From positions 63,178,001 through 63,242,000 of the forward strand of contig OX597830.1 of the NCBI GenBank assembly GCA_951406725.2: a stretch of DNA of 64,000 nucleotides, written 5' to 3'. The notes beneath the pieces are model-generated. The model did not search any database. It was not told the DNA's origin and saw only the letters and a list, made by a program, of their open reading frames with translations. Position numbers and translations under genes: made by a program. Positions 13,297 through 27,200 of this stretch are shown here, piece after piece; position 1 is the first letter of the stretch; each line of letters starts with the position of its first letter. Source of the stretch: Octopus vulgaris (taxonomy: Eukaryota).

Positions 13297-13720
13297 AGGT
13301 GCAGGTATGGCTGTGTGGTAAGTAGCTTGCTTCCCAACCACATGGTCTTTCCAGGGTTCAGTCCCACTGCGTGGCACCTCGGGTAAGTATCTGCTACTAT
13401 AGCTTCAGGCTGACCAAAGCTGTGCAAGTAGATTTGGGAGACAGAAACTGAAAGAAGCCTATCGTATATATGCATATATCTGGGTGTGCGTGTGTATTTG
13501 TGTCTGTGCTTGTCCCCTACCACCACCTGACAACCAGTGTTGGGTGTGTTCACCCGCCCCCTCAACTTAGCATTTCAGCAAAAGAGACTGATAGAATAAG
13601 TGCCAGGCATATAAAAATAAATAAAATAACGTACTAGGGTTGATTCCTTTGACAAAAAGTTCTTCAAGGCAGTGCCCCAGCATGACAGCAGCTTAAATAA
13701 CTGAAACAAGTAAAAGATGA
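13297..13720 (+). mobile_element. SINE family 1, older copy
   Basis: Same head, body and tail, more diverged. Confidence 0.85.
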
Positions 13721-15297
13721 GCCAACAGCTATACACACACAGCTGCTACATTAGAGACTAGAACAGAACGGTGTGTACAAGACCAGCTCATCTGACTTAA
13801 AAGTACTAAGACTGACATAAATGAGAGGGAAAATAATGAGGCTAAGTTGCAGTCTTTGCCCCCGCCCCCAATCAACCCTGAACAACCTATCTTTGCTTTA
13901 TCATATCTTCTAATTTCTCTTTTTTCAAGAGCAGGGTGTCATTTGAGAGAGATTTGGGTACTGTTTGTACCAGATCAAGGAACTGTATGGAGGCTCCTTC
14001 ATTAGTTTGAACTAGGTTAAGTGTGTGATAAGGAGAAGGTAACACAAAAGCGATACAACAGATTAAAAAAAAAAGTGATAGAATATTATTGTAAACCGCA
14101 ATAACCAAGCAGTTACAGGTGTCTAATTCCAGGTCAGACGTTCTCAACCATTTTTGCAAATGGACCCCTTTCATTCGTATTTTACTCTACTAGAACCCCA
14201 TGTTTAAAAAAAACAACATTTTAATAATTAAGTATTAATAATAATAGTATAAAAAAACTGTTAAAATACTGTATATTGTAGAAGTATAACTAGTTTATTC
14301 CACATAAATTTTAACAAAATTTATGGACCTTTAAGAGTCATATGGACCACTGATGTAAGCCTATTATCACCCCATTTTTTTTTCTGTATATCCAAGACTA
14401 CATTATCTAATGTGATCCCTTTTTTAAACTGGTAGAGTGTGATATCAGGAAGATGCCCAGGTAAAGGACCCCATCCCATTATCTCAAACTGATCAGATGT
14501 TTAATATCTAAATTGCATTTATAGTAACACATATGGTTGATAGATCATGAGTAACATACTGGGAAAAATGAAAATGAAAAAACATGGTTTAGTTAGTTTG
14601 AAGACATATCTCACAGATGATCTGAGATGCATCATCAGTGAGGTTTCTGGAGACTTAGAAGGCTCTGAATCTTTCAACATCAGACCTCCATCCTTACCCA
14701 GTTGAGCTTGACCACATAACAACTTGCTCCTCAACAACAGAGAACCACAAGTCTACCCTATTTATCTGAAGCCATCTAGTGACCATCTCCACAGCTTCAG
14801 TGATGGAATGTAGGCTGTTCTTCCCCATTTGCTGCACCAGTAACTACAATTTCAACCAGAGCTCTGCAAAATGGACACCTTACAAGACCCAGACAACTGA
14901 CTGCAATTGACTCACAAAGAGCCCACCAGTACCACCACCTGGAATACAGCTAGGCTACTTAATGTGGTTTAGTGACTACACAGCCACGACTACCACCAAG
15001 ACAATGGCTAGTATAGTGGGTGTACCATCAAAACCAATGTGAGTTACTTTAACCCTTCTATTGTATTTCTGAAAACTTTGTTTCAATTAATTTTGAAAAT
15101 CTGAAATATTAAATTAAAAAACTGCCATAATTACACTGATGTAAGGCAATGAGTTGGCAGAATGGTTAGCACCCCAGACAAAAAGCTTAGAGGCATCCAA
15201 CTTTATATTCTCAGTTCAACTTTGCCTTTCATCCATTCAGGGTCAATGTAAACGACTAGCCCCTTTCTCGCCAAATTTCAGATCTTGTGCCTATAAT

Positions 15298-15692
15298 CAT
15301 CATCATCGTTTAACGTCCGCTTTCCATGCTAGCATGGGTTGGACGGTTCAACTGGGGTCTGGCAAGCCCGAAGGCTGCACCGGGCCAGTCAGATCTGGCA
15401 GTGTTTCTACAGCTGGATGCCCTTCCTAACGCCAACCACTCCGAGAGTGTAGTGGTGATTTTATGTGCCACCGACACAGGTGCCAGACGAGGCTGGCAGA
15501 CGGCCACGCTCGGATGGTGTTTTTTATGTGCCACCGACACAGGTGCCAGACGAGGCTGGCAGACGGCCACGCTCGGATGGTGTTTTTTATGTGCCACCGA
15601 CACAGGTGCCAGACGAGGCTGGCAGACGGCCAAGCTCGGATGGTGTTTTTTATGTGCCACCGACACAGGTGCCAGACGAGGCTGGCAGACGG
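15298..15692 (-). mobile_element. (GAT)n-tailed SINE family 4 with internal 63-bp tandem repeat
   Basis: catcatcatcgtttaacgtccgctttccatgctagc tail; ~3.7 x 63-bp units at 15460-15692; copies at 18967-19152, 32163-32545, 52365-52612. Confidence 0.85.
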
Positions 15693-17739
15693 CGGAAAGG
15701 ATAATTAAACTGCTGCTGTTCGGATGAAATTTTGATAGAGGAAGGTTTTAATTTAGATAATGTAAAACAATAGAAGTTTGTAGTAACTTGGTATCAAATG
15801 GGTTAATTGTCTGTTCCCAATACTCCTTGATTTACAACCATTTTTATAGGCACAAGAAACAAATTCAATAACTGCTTTTGTTTGAAATCTGGTAAAAAAA
15901 CAAACAAGTTGATTGTGGATCAAATCTTGTTACCCAAACCACCTGTGTTGATATAGTCGACATATTACCAATGTATCCAACACCATCTGGATTTATCTAT
16001 TCACAAATTAAAACTGACAAAAATTTAAGATAAAGTGATATCATTACCTAAACAACTGTACAATGTCTAACACTGCCCTAACGTGAAATTTTGGTGTTCT
16101 CAAAATTTTTGCCAAATCCACATTTCCTCCACCATAATTTTGTAACATTTTCAAAAGTTATAGAAATTTCAGATTTGGCCAGAAATACTGAATCTTCGAA
16201 TGAATTTTCAATGCAAATAATAATATTAAAAAATGCTACAAGCGTAGCGTGGTGGTGGACTTTCAACTTGATAGTGTATAAACAAAATGGCCTGCAGTAG
16301 TGGAAGTCATGAATTCCAGAAAGAGAATGTGGAGGGAACTTTTTAAATATTTCTTCAGCCATAACCATTTAATCAACTATCCCTCATGGAGACATAATTG
16401 GTTTATTACCAACATCTCTGAGTTTTAGAACCAACTCAAAGAGCTAATAGTGAAATATTAAAAGTCAAATAGATCCTTCTCTGAGTCATATAGACTTTAT
16501 AGGTCCAGTTTCTCGGGTCCTGTGGTGCACGTATTCTCTGCTGGACTGGGACACTTGTCCATTGCAGGACTACACTTTTTTTGCCAGCTGAGAGGATTGG
16601 AGCAACATGAAATGAAGTGCCTTGCTCAAGAACACAATGTGCTGTCCAGTCCAGGCATTGAAACTATGATCTTACAATCACAAGTCCAACACCCTAACCA
16701 CTAGACCATACGTGTCTACACAATGCCAAATAGCTATCTGTATATTATCTATGTATCTACACTGTTGATAAGCCAAATACTACTGTTTCCGTCTAAGATA
16801 AAATTTCTTAGTTGGTACGTGTTTGTTAAAAACAATATAAATGCTACTTCAATTGCATAAGCTGGGTTGAATATAAAGTTTAATAACTTATATTATACAC
16901 ATCAGTGATTACAAAATAATTTGGTCTAATTCTACCTCTCCCAGTTTCTTTAATGCCAGGAAGGTAGAAGTTGGATGAAGCAAAACACTAATACCTCCAG
17001 TTGGTATAGTTTATATATTGAAGAAGGCATTGGGTTGAGGGAGACCCTGTCCAGTGCTAGAGCAACGATACAATGCACCCAGTGCACACTTTGAAGTGGT
17101 TGGCATTAGGAAAGGCATCCAGCTGTACAGAATCAAGCCAAAAACAAAACATGCAAATCTGATATGGCTGCTTGGCCCATTTCTGAAAGCAGTGACTTCT
17201 GACTCAAACTGACAACCCATACCAGCATGGAAAGCAGACATAAAATGAGGATGATGCTGAAGTATTGCAGAATAGAGATGTCTTTTAGAAACCAATGCCA
17301 TGTAAACTGGGAATAAAAGAGTAAGCACCACTACAATGATTCTTCTAATCCCAATCAGTTTTGGACACCCACACTAACACGGCTACCAATACCACAGGAT
17401 ACATATAACCCATTGTAGCAACTTAACCACTTGTCTGGATCTGTTCACCCGTATGCAACTACTAAAACATGGCCCTAAGTGCATCTTCACCCAGTAACTT
17501 AACATAGAAACTAAGTTTTAATAGAATCACCCACCAATTAAAATGGGTATCAACTCTGAAACCAACCTCGACCTTAACTACAATGCCTACCTACCACCTT
17601 GACAACCAACTACACTCTCTTCAGAATCAACTGTAAACTGAACACGGAACTCTAGAACTGAGCATCTCATTTTCAACATCTTACAGAAACACACTGCCCC
17701 AGCCCCTGACTTCTTGAGGTTCCAGACAAAACCCAGAAA

Positions 17740-18420
17740 CAAAGGACCTCCTTATATGGACCTTTAGACGAAGGGAGACAATTCTGCATCAAGATAGACA
17801 ATGATCAAGCAATGGAATACCCAACTAGGATGAAATCACTTCCACCATAACCAGTCAATTGGAATTCCTTATCTACTCAACCAGCAAAAGAAAAAAAGGG
17901 ATACCAACTGGACGAATGTAACTTGAGAAGATTTTCCAATAAAATTTAATCAGTTTTTATAACTGTAAACAAACTTCCTATCATCTACCATTTTCTTAGA
18001 ATCTACAAATTCAGATCAAATGCATTGTCCCTATTATAGAAGGCCCTTCATTTAAAATATCTGAGTTCCTGTCTAAAATCCTCAAACCTGTACTCCACAT
18101 TAGCTCCAATCACATCAATAGAAGCCTCAGTGATTCTAACCCCCACCTCCATACAACAGACATTCCTTCGGTCTATAAATGTCATTTATCTCTACTTCTT
18201 TTTACCTGTTTTTCCCAATCATCAACCAAATAAAACCAACCCCTGCATTTCTTAGAAGTCCTACTGCTGTCCCTTCATGTTCCCAGATCCCCACCAACAG
18301 ATGATGCTTATTGTGAACAATACCCACTTCTATTCTAGGGAATCCAGAACATAAACAGATATCAGGACTATCTGTAGGGGTTAAGTCTGTCAAGTCTACT
18401 GCCCAAGACATTTATGGAGC
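17740..18420 (+). mobile_element. Highly decayed reverse-transcriptase remnant, possibly Penelope-like
   Basis: Scattered motif traces (KG.N, PII, V.xLY, HKQISGLSVG resembling YKQxxGLxMG); no open frame. Confidence 0.35.
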
Positions 18421-19894
18421 AGCTGGGGCACACAACTCCTCAATTCCCAAGACCTTTGGCAATATGCTGTGCTTGAGAAGAGCTGTGAAGCCAAATGAAA
18501 TTGCAGTCACGGTCGATGCTGGTGTCACATAACTGGCACCTGTGCCAGCGGCGTGTAAAAAGAACCTACGACACTCTTGAAATAGTAGGCAATAGGAAGG
18601 CCATCCAACAGTAGAAACCAGGCCAAATCAGACTGGAACCTGGTGCAGTTCCAGTCAAACCATCTAACCCATGCCAGCATGGAAAGCAGATGGTAAATGA
18701 TGATGATGATCCTCATCTATAGGTCTAGATTACGTCTTGTGAGGAAGAAAATTGTACATAAAGTATGTTATAGCATCGGCATTTAAAGTCCATTTTTGCA
18801 TGCTTGCATGGGCCAGATGAAATTCATGGAGGCAGATCTTTCTACATCCACATACTCTTCCTGTTGCCAACCATCACCTGTTTCTAAGCTGGGTAATATT
18901 TCCCCATAGTCCTTTGAACTCTGACTGCACAATGGCTAGGAATGTTTTCACAGATAATTGCAAGTGCGGGTGGCACGTAAAAAGCACTCACTACACTCAC
19001 GGAGTGGTTGGCGTTAGGAAGGGCATCCAGCCGTAGAAACACTGCCAGATCTCACTGGGCCTGATGAAGCCTTCCAGCTTTACAGACCCCAGTTGAACCG
19101 TCCAACCCATGCTAGCATGGAGAACGGATGCTAAATGATGATGATGATGATGAGTTTGTATGATGGTGACGTTTGTTTCCAATTAGGGTGCAACATCACC
19201 AAAGGTCTCAAAGATTGACGACCAGAAAAGCATGAACACACACACACACACACACACACAATGGCTTCTTTCACCTTCTGCCTATCAAATCTACTCACAA
19301 GGCTTTTGAAGTTGAACACCATATCTTCATATCTATCTGGTTGATTTCAGGCTCAAAATCAGAAGAGATCCATTAACACCAAGTGAAACCCACCAGCAGA
19401 GATCTATCTGTATACTATGAATCAACCCTTCCAACCAGGGGTGAGGGCCATTTACATACACAATAGAATTTTCCATATAAACAGATGAAGCAAAGCAAGA
19501 GACAGAACAGTCAATATCAAATACTTTGAAATAGTGATAATAGCTAACAGCTACCTACCATCATTTACCAGACACTGGGCTGGGAATCAACGAGATTCCC
19601 ACCGTTCCTATCTACTGTCTAGCGAAACCACAGCCAAGGGAATGGGCTTGGTACTGATTTGTACCCAACACACTGAGCCTTCACTAAAATACCTGGGCTG
19701 GGATTTGGTCCGTACATGATGTTTGTAAGCTGGCCAAATGCCATATCAACAATATGGATATGTGTGTATGGGATTGTGCAATAGGTACCATGTAGCATGT
19801 AATAACTGTGGTAAAACTTACATGTAGCAGTGGTTAGGTGGTTGGAGATAAGAGTAACCTGTTCTTTGATTTCACAACCTCAGTCACTCTAGAG

Positions 19895-20035
19895 CAGTGC
19901 TCCGCAACCACTTTTCACTTGAGGTACACTTATATTCTTTTCAAAATTCGGCAGACTAAAAATATAACTAAAAGTATAGGGACAAAGATTATATTGAGGT
20001 TACACTGCGGCACACCAGTGTGTCGCAGAACACTG
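19895..20035. mobile_element. hAT (Charlie-like) MITE
   Basis: cagtgctccgc / gcagaacactg ends; TSD ctctagag/ctttagag (NTCTAGAN-type target). Confidence 0.8.
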
Positions 20036-20550
20036 CTTTAGAGTGATCTGTAGTCATGCTTGTATTTCAAAATAACCCTTAACAATGGAAGGAAAAAAGC
20101 AGGTCCTTAAATCTGTTTTGGGGAAGGCATGACTACTGGATCAAATCTCCAACATTTTCATCTCTTAAATCTTTGCTTATCTCTGTTGATTATACATAGC
20201 CTTTCAATTAATTTAGAAAACCATGAAGGACCAATTAAAATAATCACCATTATCAAGCTACTATTAAGCAAGAAATTAATGTTAATTTGAATCCTTTTGG
20301 TACTTTATTTCTATTGCAATAGATTGCTTTTGCTTCAATTAATTTTGAAAATAATGAATTAGTAAAATAACTTTGTTGTTTTTAAGTTGGTGTTTGGAAC
20401 ATAAACATGAAATTTTGATGGAAGATTTAACTCAGATCATTTTAAAGCAATCAGTCTGTATGAAAAAAAAACAGCAGTTTCAGGTAATTTGGTTACAAAA
20501 AGTTTAAAAAGGTGGGTTTTGTTTTTTTAAAGATAAAATAAATTCTTTAC

Positions 20551-20679
20551 CTTTTTTCATTTCTTTATCTTTCTTGAATACTTTAGATGTTTCTTCAAGC
20601 AATAATTCATCCCCAAATTTGCAAATTTGGATGACAGATTTACCAGCTTTACATTCTCCAATGACAAGTTTTAGGATTC
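20551..20679 (-). CDS. PA2G4: PA2G4 exon 2
   Basis: Acceptor ttcttctacag|, donor G|gtaaag; 129 nt; GILKLVIGECKAGKSVIQICKFGDELLLEETSKVFKKDKEMKK; phase fits exon 1. Confidence 0.95.
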
Positions 20680-23087
20680 CTGTAGAAGAAAAAAAGCATA
20701 TGGTAAAAGTTAATAATAGAAATGGAGGGGGAAAAGTCTCTAGACCACCTGCTCTTGCATAAAACACAGGTTTAACCCTTTTGCAGCCATTGCCTTCGTT
20801 ACAGTTAATTTTGAAAAATAACACAGAATTTAATATACCAACTTTGTCATTGTTAAGCTGGTGTTTGGAACATAGATTAACATAAAACTTGAAAGTTTTA
20901 ATTTAGGTCACTTTAGAACAAGAGGAAACTTATAGAACCAGGGACAGTCACAGGTAGGTTGGCATGAAAAGGGTTAACTTTATAGCATTTTAACTGGCCA
21001 TATCTGGCAAAAATATTCTCTTTGTTTTATGCTTAAATTGGACAAGTAGTCTCTCGTGCCTACCTCACAATGTCATACTAAAAGTAGGCAATCCCAACAT
21101 TGAAATCTCAAAGGTATTAATTCAAATCAATGGGAATAAATAAGCATTACATTTGACAAAATAATCTGAATGCTAAAGGGTAAATCTTTTAGGCTACGTA
21201 ACCAATAGCAACACAATGGCTTCATCAGTAACTAAGTCATAAATGTACAACACTTTACTAATTTATAGCACGGAATACTTTTACAAAACGAAAGTGAATG
21301 TAAAGTTTGTGTGTGAATGTTTTCTGAATGGCTACCTTAAATCTTGTATGATGCATGTTTCAATTATAACACACAACCACAAATTCGGATTACTGCCAAA
21401 CAAAAGCAACTCCAATCTCTATCATCACAGAGTCAATTCTTGTACACAGAAAAACTCTCCCTGTATACTATAAAACCTACAACACTACAGAAACATTTAA
21501 AACAAAATCCTTCAGTCAAGGAGAGAGGAAGAATATAAAACAGAGATATCAGTCCAGCTTTATCAAGTATTTTACTGTAAAAAGATAAAGTAGAACATGA
21601 ATCTTTGTTGTCAAGTGGGTCAGTTTATTTCTAAAACCTGATTTCCAGAATTGATATTTTAACTTAGAAATGTCAAATTTCGCATCAGAGACGGCAGCTT
21701 CAGGATAACTATATGACATACGCACACAGGTATAAGCATGGCTGTGTAGTAAGAAGCTTGCTTCCCAACCACATGGTTCTTGGTTCAGTCCCACTGCGTG
21801 GTACCTTGGGCAAGTGTCTTCTACTATAGTCTCGGGCCGACCAAAGCCTTGTGAGTGGATTTGGTTGGTGGAATCTAAAAGCCTGCGGTGGGTTTGTGTC
21901 TCCTTGTCTTTGACATCATCATCATCATTTAGCGTCCGCTTTCCATGCTAGCATGGGTTGGACCAACATGTGACAGTTGTAAATGAGTATCACTGTCAGA
22001 CAAGCAGCATTGTTCATTTGTTATTCTGCAAGAACATGTCTGGCCACAGGTAAGTATTACCTTGCTTGGAAACAGGTGAGGGTTAGCAACAGGAAGGGCA
22101 TTTAGCCACAGTAAATCTGACCTTAATAAACTGTAGATGACAGCATCATGGAAAACTACTCACCATAAAGATTTTGAATTTATATGGATGTTTACTCCCA
22201 AGCTAAGAAGATCTGTGACCAAAGTTTTTCAGCCATGATCATCTCAACTTTGGATTTTTTTTCAAGCATAATGTACCCCGGGCTATTCTCTAATCTGTCT
22301 TTTAATGATGGTACAATGTGATTCAAGGGGGATTTGGCTGCTATTTTAAGATTACTGACTTGTTCTGTCATTAATTATTCACTTAAGTAAACTAAAGTAC
22401 CATGGAATTTTTTTTTCTCTCCACAAAACTACAAATATTTTACATAAGAATTTAGAATTTCTGAGAGAAAAAAAATCACTTTCTAATAATTATCTTACTG
22501 TGGAAACTAATTACTAATCAATATAACCAACCCTAAAACCATCAAGCCCACAGTCTGCCATGCTGATGCAAATTAGACAAATACATACAGTTGAGGCATT
22601 ATTTATTTTACAGTCAGGTGACCTTCCTCAGACAAGAGACCTGACATGAATGCTTGCTGGGTGGACTTCACTGAAGATCCCTAAGGGCCAGGTGGTGGTG
22701 GTGGTTTCAAACCAAGCAATGAATTACATCTGCATGGATGGTCCCTGGTCCTTCAGCAAGGCATCCACACAATTCCAGTTTCCACCTACCATATTCCACT
22801 CACCCACAACCATCATCTGGGACACACAGCCACAATATTATTCCATTCACTTGCAGTTAGACAGTTAATGACGGTGCTATGTCTTAAATTTTACTCATTT
22901 CAGTCTATGGCCATGCTGGGGCACTGCCTTAAAGAACTTTTAGTCAAATGTATCAACCCCCTGCACTTATTTTTTAAAGCCTGGTACCAATTCTGTCAGT
23001 CTCTTTTGCTGAACCGCTAGGTTACAGGGGCATAAACACACCAGCATTGGTGGTGGTGGTGGGGAACAAACACAAAGACACATTATT

Positions 23088-23119
<32 letters not shown>

Positions 23120-23804
23120 TATATACACACACATATATATATACACACACACATATATATATACACACACACACATATATATATACATACACGCACACAC
23201 AAACACATACATATACAATGGACTTCTTTCAGTTTCTGTCTACCATATTCATTCACAAGGGCTGTAGTAGAAGATACTTGCTCAAGGTGCCAAGCAGTTG
23301 AACTGAACCCAGAGCCACATGGTCTGGAAGCAAGCTTCAGCCACAAACATATGGAACAAAGAGGTAAAATTTATTAAATCAACATGCAATATGATTCTGG
23401 AACTCATTTTATTGACCCCTCTTCTCTCCAGATGAATGAAAGGCTAAGTCAACCCTTAATAAAACACAAAGTATTTTCTCCACTCCCTATTTTTGCAAGT
23501 CATTTCCCTTCAAGCCACACATCAGTGTGAGAGTAGTTCCACTGAACAGGCTACAAATATCTTATTTACTAAGGAAGCTCACTAAAAGTCAAGCCAGGTA
23601 TATTTAGTAGAACTAAATAGTCATCTTTCTGAGTCATAACTATTACTTCTCAGCTGTTTGACCATGACCAAAAGTGTACTGCTTAAATCCTGGCCATTCA
23701 GTCTGAATTGAATCCAGACTTTGAGCATTACATAAGAATGGTGGAACATGGTTCATTACTCCCAAAAAGTCACAAATGAAAGAGGGACATGCAGCTTAGT
23801 TAAA

Positions 23805-24204
23805 ACTCTTTTTACTCTCTTTTTTTAAAACTTGTTTCAGTCATTTGACTGCAGCCATGCTGGAGCACCGCCTTTAGTCGAGCAAATCGACCCCGGGACT
23901 TATTCTATCGGTCTCTTTTGCCAAACCGCTAAGTTACGGGGACGTAAACACACCAGCATCGGTTGTCAAGCAATGCTAGGGGAACAAACACAGACACACA
24001 AACATATTCACACACACTTATATATATATATACATATATACGACAGGCTTCTTTCAGTTTCCGTCTACCAAATCCACTCACAAGGCATTGGTCGGCCCGG
24101 GGCTATAGCAGAAGACACGTGCCCAAGATGCCACGCAGTGGGACTGAACTCGGAACCATGTGGTTGGTTAGCAAGCTACTTATCAAACAGCCACTCCTGC
24201 GCCT
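23805..24204 (-). mobile_element. SINE family 1
   Basis: Same consensus; further copies at ~21728-21915(+), 22885-23345(-), 25660-26000(-). Confidence 0.9.
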
Positions 24205-27200
24205 ATTGAAACTCTTTTGTTTCAATTAAAAATGATGAAAGTTTCACTAAAATAACTTCTTATTAAGCTGGTGTTTGGAGGATTTTAATTCGATCACTTT
24301 AACTGTTTCCTTACATTTCTGTTGAAATACACTGGTTTTGTTTTAATTTTGGAAATAATGAAGTGGGACATTTTAATTTAGATAATTTTAAAACAAAGTT
24401 TGTATCACAGGACCAAGGGCAGTATCATATAGGTTAATCTTCCATGTAAATATGTTCGACCACCAAGCTGTTTGTTGTACAAAGGACTAGCGAAAAATAT
24501 TACCCGACTTGGAAACAGGTGAGGTTAGGCAACAGAGAGAGTATTCAGCTATTGAAAGTGTGCCTCAACAAATTCTGTCCAAACCATGTCAGAATGGAAA
24601 AGTGAACATTGAAATAATGAATGATATTCCTTCCACTTGATTTGTTTGACATTTCTCCACCCATCATATGATCTTCCCACCTACACACTACAAGGGTTTC
24701 CCTCAAAAGCCCTCACACCCAACTTTCAGCTCATCTATGTTAAGAATACACATCTAACAGCTCGTACTCACCTCACTTCTTTCCAGACAGGTTTCATTTA
24801 TTCCAGTTAATTGGAAAACAAAACCTTTCTAATTAGTTTGATCAGGTTTTTGGCAAATAATACCATTGTTCTTAAAGACAATAATTATTCTGACAGGTCA
24901 TAATTGACCTGATAGTGAGTTATTTGGTCAGGTGACATTCAGTATAGAAAGTATCCTTTAAATGTAATATTTTGATGTAGCCCCTCTGTAGCCAACCAAA
25001 TTTTCCTTAAATCACACTTAGTGATAATGTAGTAGTCCAAGACATTAAAAAAAAAAAAAAAGAAAGGTCACAGAATGTTTTGACTGGAGGTGTCTGCTTG
25101 ATCAGGACTGACTTGATTTGGAGAGCTCAGGTAAATACTTTTGATATAAAATTACGTTTATCAGATTGTTTTCAGATATATCTATGAGATTGAGATGTGG
25201 CCCTGTTTTCTATGACAGTTGGCAGAAATAGCAGTGAACAGAGCAAAGATGAAAATGTACCTGTGTGTGTGTGTGTGTGTGCACATGTCAGTTTGATAGC
25301 CACTTTTCCATGCTAGCATGGTTTAGACAGAGTTTACTGAGGCTGATCTTCTATGGCTGGATGCCCTTCCTGTTTACAAGGCAATACTTCCCTATGATCA
25401 GACATGTTTTCATAGAAGATTGGAAACAAATGACACAGCTTACATGATGGTGACACTCAAAACTATCACACAATACATATTCAATCTTCTTTCAGTTTTC
25501 ATCTACCAAATTCACTCTCACAAGGGTCTGCTTAGCTTGGGGCTAGAATACAAAAAGACACTAGCCAAAGGTGTTATGCAATGAGATTGAACCTGAATCC
25601 AGGCAGTTGGGAAGCAAACTTCTTACCACACAGCCATGCCTGCACCTCATATATATAAATTCTTGTTTCAGTCATTGGATGGCAGCCATGCTGGGATAAG
25701 ACTTTGAAGAGTTTTTGATTGATTAAACTGACCTCAGTACTTATTTTCATATTTGGCACTTATTCTATCAGTCTCATATTGCCAAACCACTAAGTCACAG
25801 AGACAAAAACAAACCAAAACTAGTCAAGTGATGAAACACGAACACACACAACAGGCTTCTTTATAGTTCCTGTTAGCCACATATACTCAAAAGGCACTTG
25901 TCAGTCCAGGGCCGTAGTAAAAGACACTTGTCCAAGATGGTGAGCAGTGAGACTGAACCTGAAATCATGGTGGTTGTACAATGAACTACAGAGCCACACA
26001 TGGATTATTACACACACACACTCATGTGGAGTTAAAAATCCCAAGGACCATGGATTTTGCTTTTCCTTTCTCTCAGGCCACCACTAGGATAGTAAAATAA
26101 AACAGTTTACTGTGGTTCCACGAAGAGTGAAATAAAATATTTCCTCTCTTTGCAACATCTCTGAGGATTGGCAAATTGATGCACTTACTTGATGACAACC
26201 AAGGAAATTTAATAGGTTAGACAACAGTAGCAAAGTTCTACTGCACAAGAGTCATCTTGCTATTTTGTTATGGGAACCAAGACTGAAACGTGAGTAGCCC
26301 CAGGAAGAAATTCTATTTACCATTTTTAAAAACTGAACATTACCAAAGCTTCACAGAACAGCTGAGTCTCACACACTAATTGCTGTATATTGTCAACATT
26401 TACTTGGAAGATTAAATTAACCCAAGTACATCCACTCAATATCTCCCCAGGTTAATTTGTACTCCTTAATGTTGACAGATTATATTATTCTGACTCAGTC
26501 CAACTAATTCTCCTCTCTGTTATCCCTACCAAAAAAGCTACGATTCAGCCCTTACATACCCAAGGCGAAAACGTTATCTTCAGTTTTACAGCTGCCTTAA
26601 TTCTCTGTACAACAGCCATACAGAATCATCATACATACATACTTATGAACAAGGTACGTTTGGTGGTATGTCTCTATTTCAACCAGTCCATGTGACCGTA
26701 AATATACTGTCAGGGGCTCCATCACAGCCTAAGACGTCTCTGGAACAGCAGACTTTAATTACTTATTTACACCGTATTTGGAGCCAAGCTGGCTCCGTGT
26801 ATGAACAGAATAGCGGGACCAATGCGTTTCCACACCTAGATTGACACACACGTCTATACATATATATATATATATACACACTTAGGTAAGGTTTACGAAA
26901 GTGTAGGCAACCCAGGAATGGCCACAAAAAAATTATCTAGACAAAGAACCGCAGTTAATAGCCGTGCGCTGCTAACAGCATTGTGTCACAACTGATTTGA
27001 CACCAGTGACTGGTGAGGTAGGGGTGGAGTCAAACACTCACCATCGCTATTAACCCCCTCCTAGCGAAGGGAGAAAGGGGACAAAAAGTTGTAAAAAAAA
27101 TTCAAAAAAAAGATCGCAAGAAATTTGGTCCACGCAAGGGACTTAATCTATTGTGTGTGTGTGTAGAGGGAATAAGTTTACATAGAAAATCTGGGTTATT

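Noticed and set aside
15460-15692. Regularly spaced repeats resembling a CRISPR array
   Set aside because: Contiguous near-identical 63-bp units, no unique spacers, no cas genes, eukaryotic SINE context
26545-26632. Possible C/D snoRNA on the minus strand (ATGATGA...CTGA)
   Set aside because: No terminal stem and no recognisable rRNA-complementary guide
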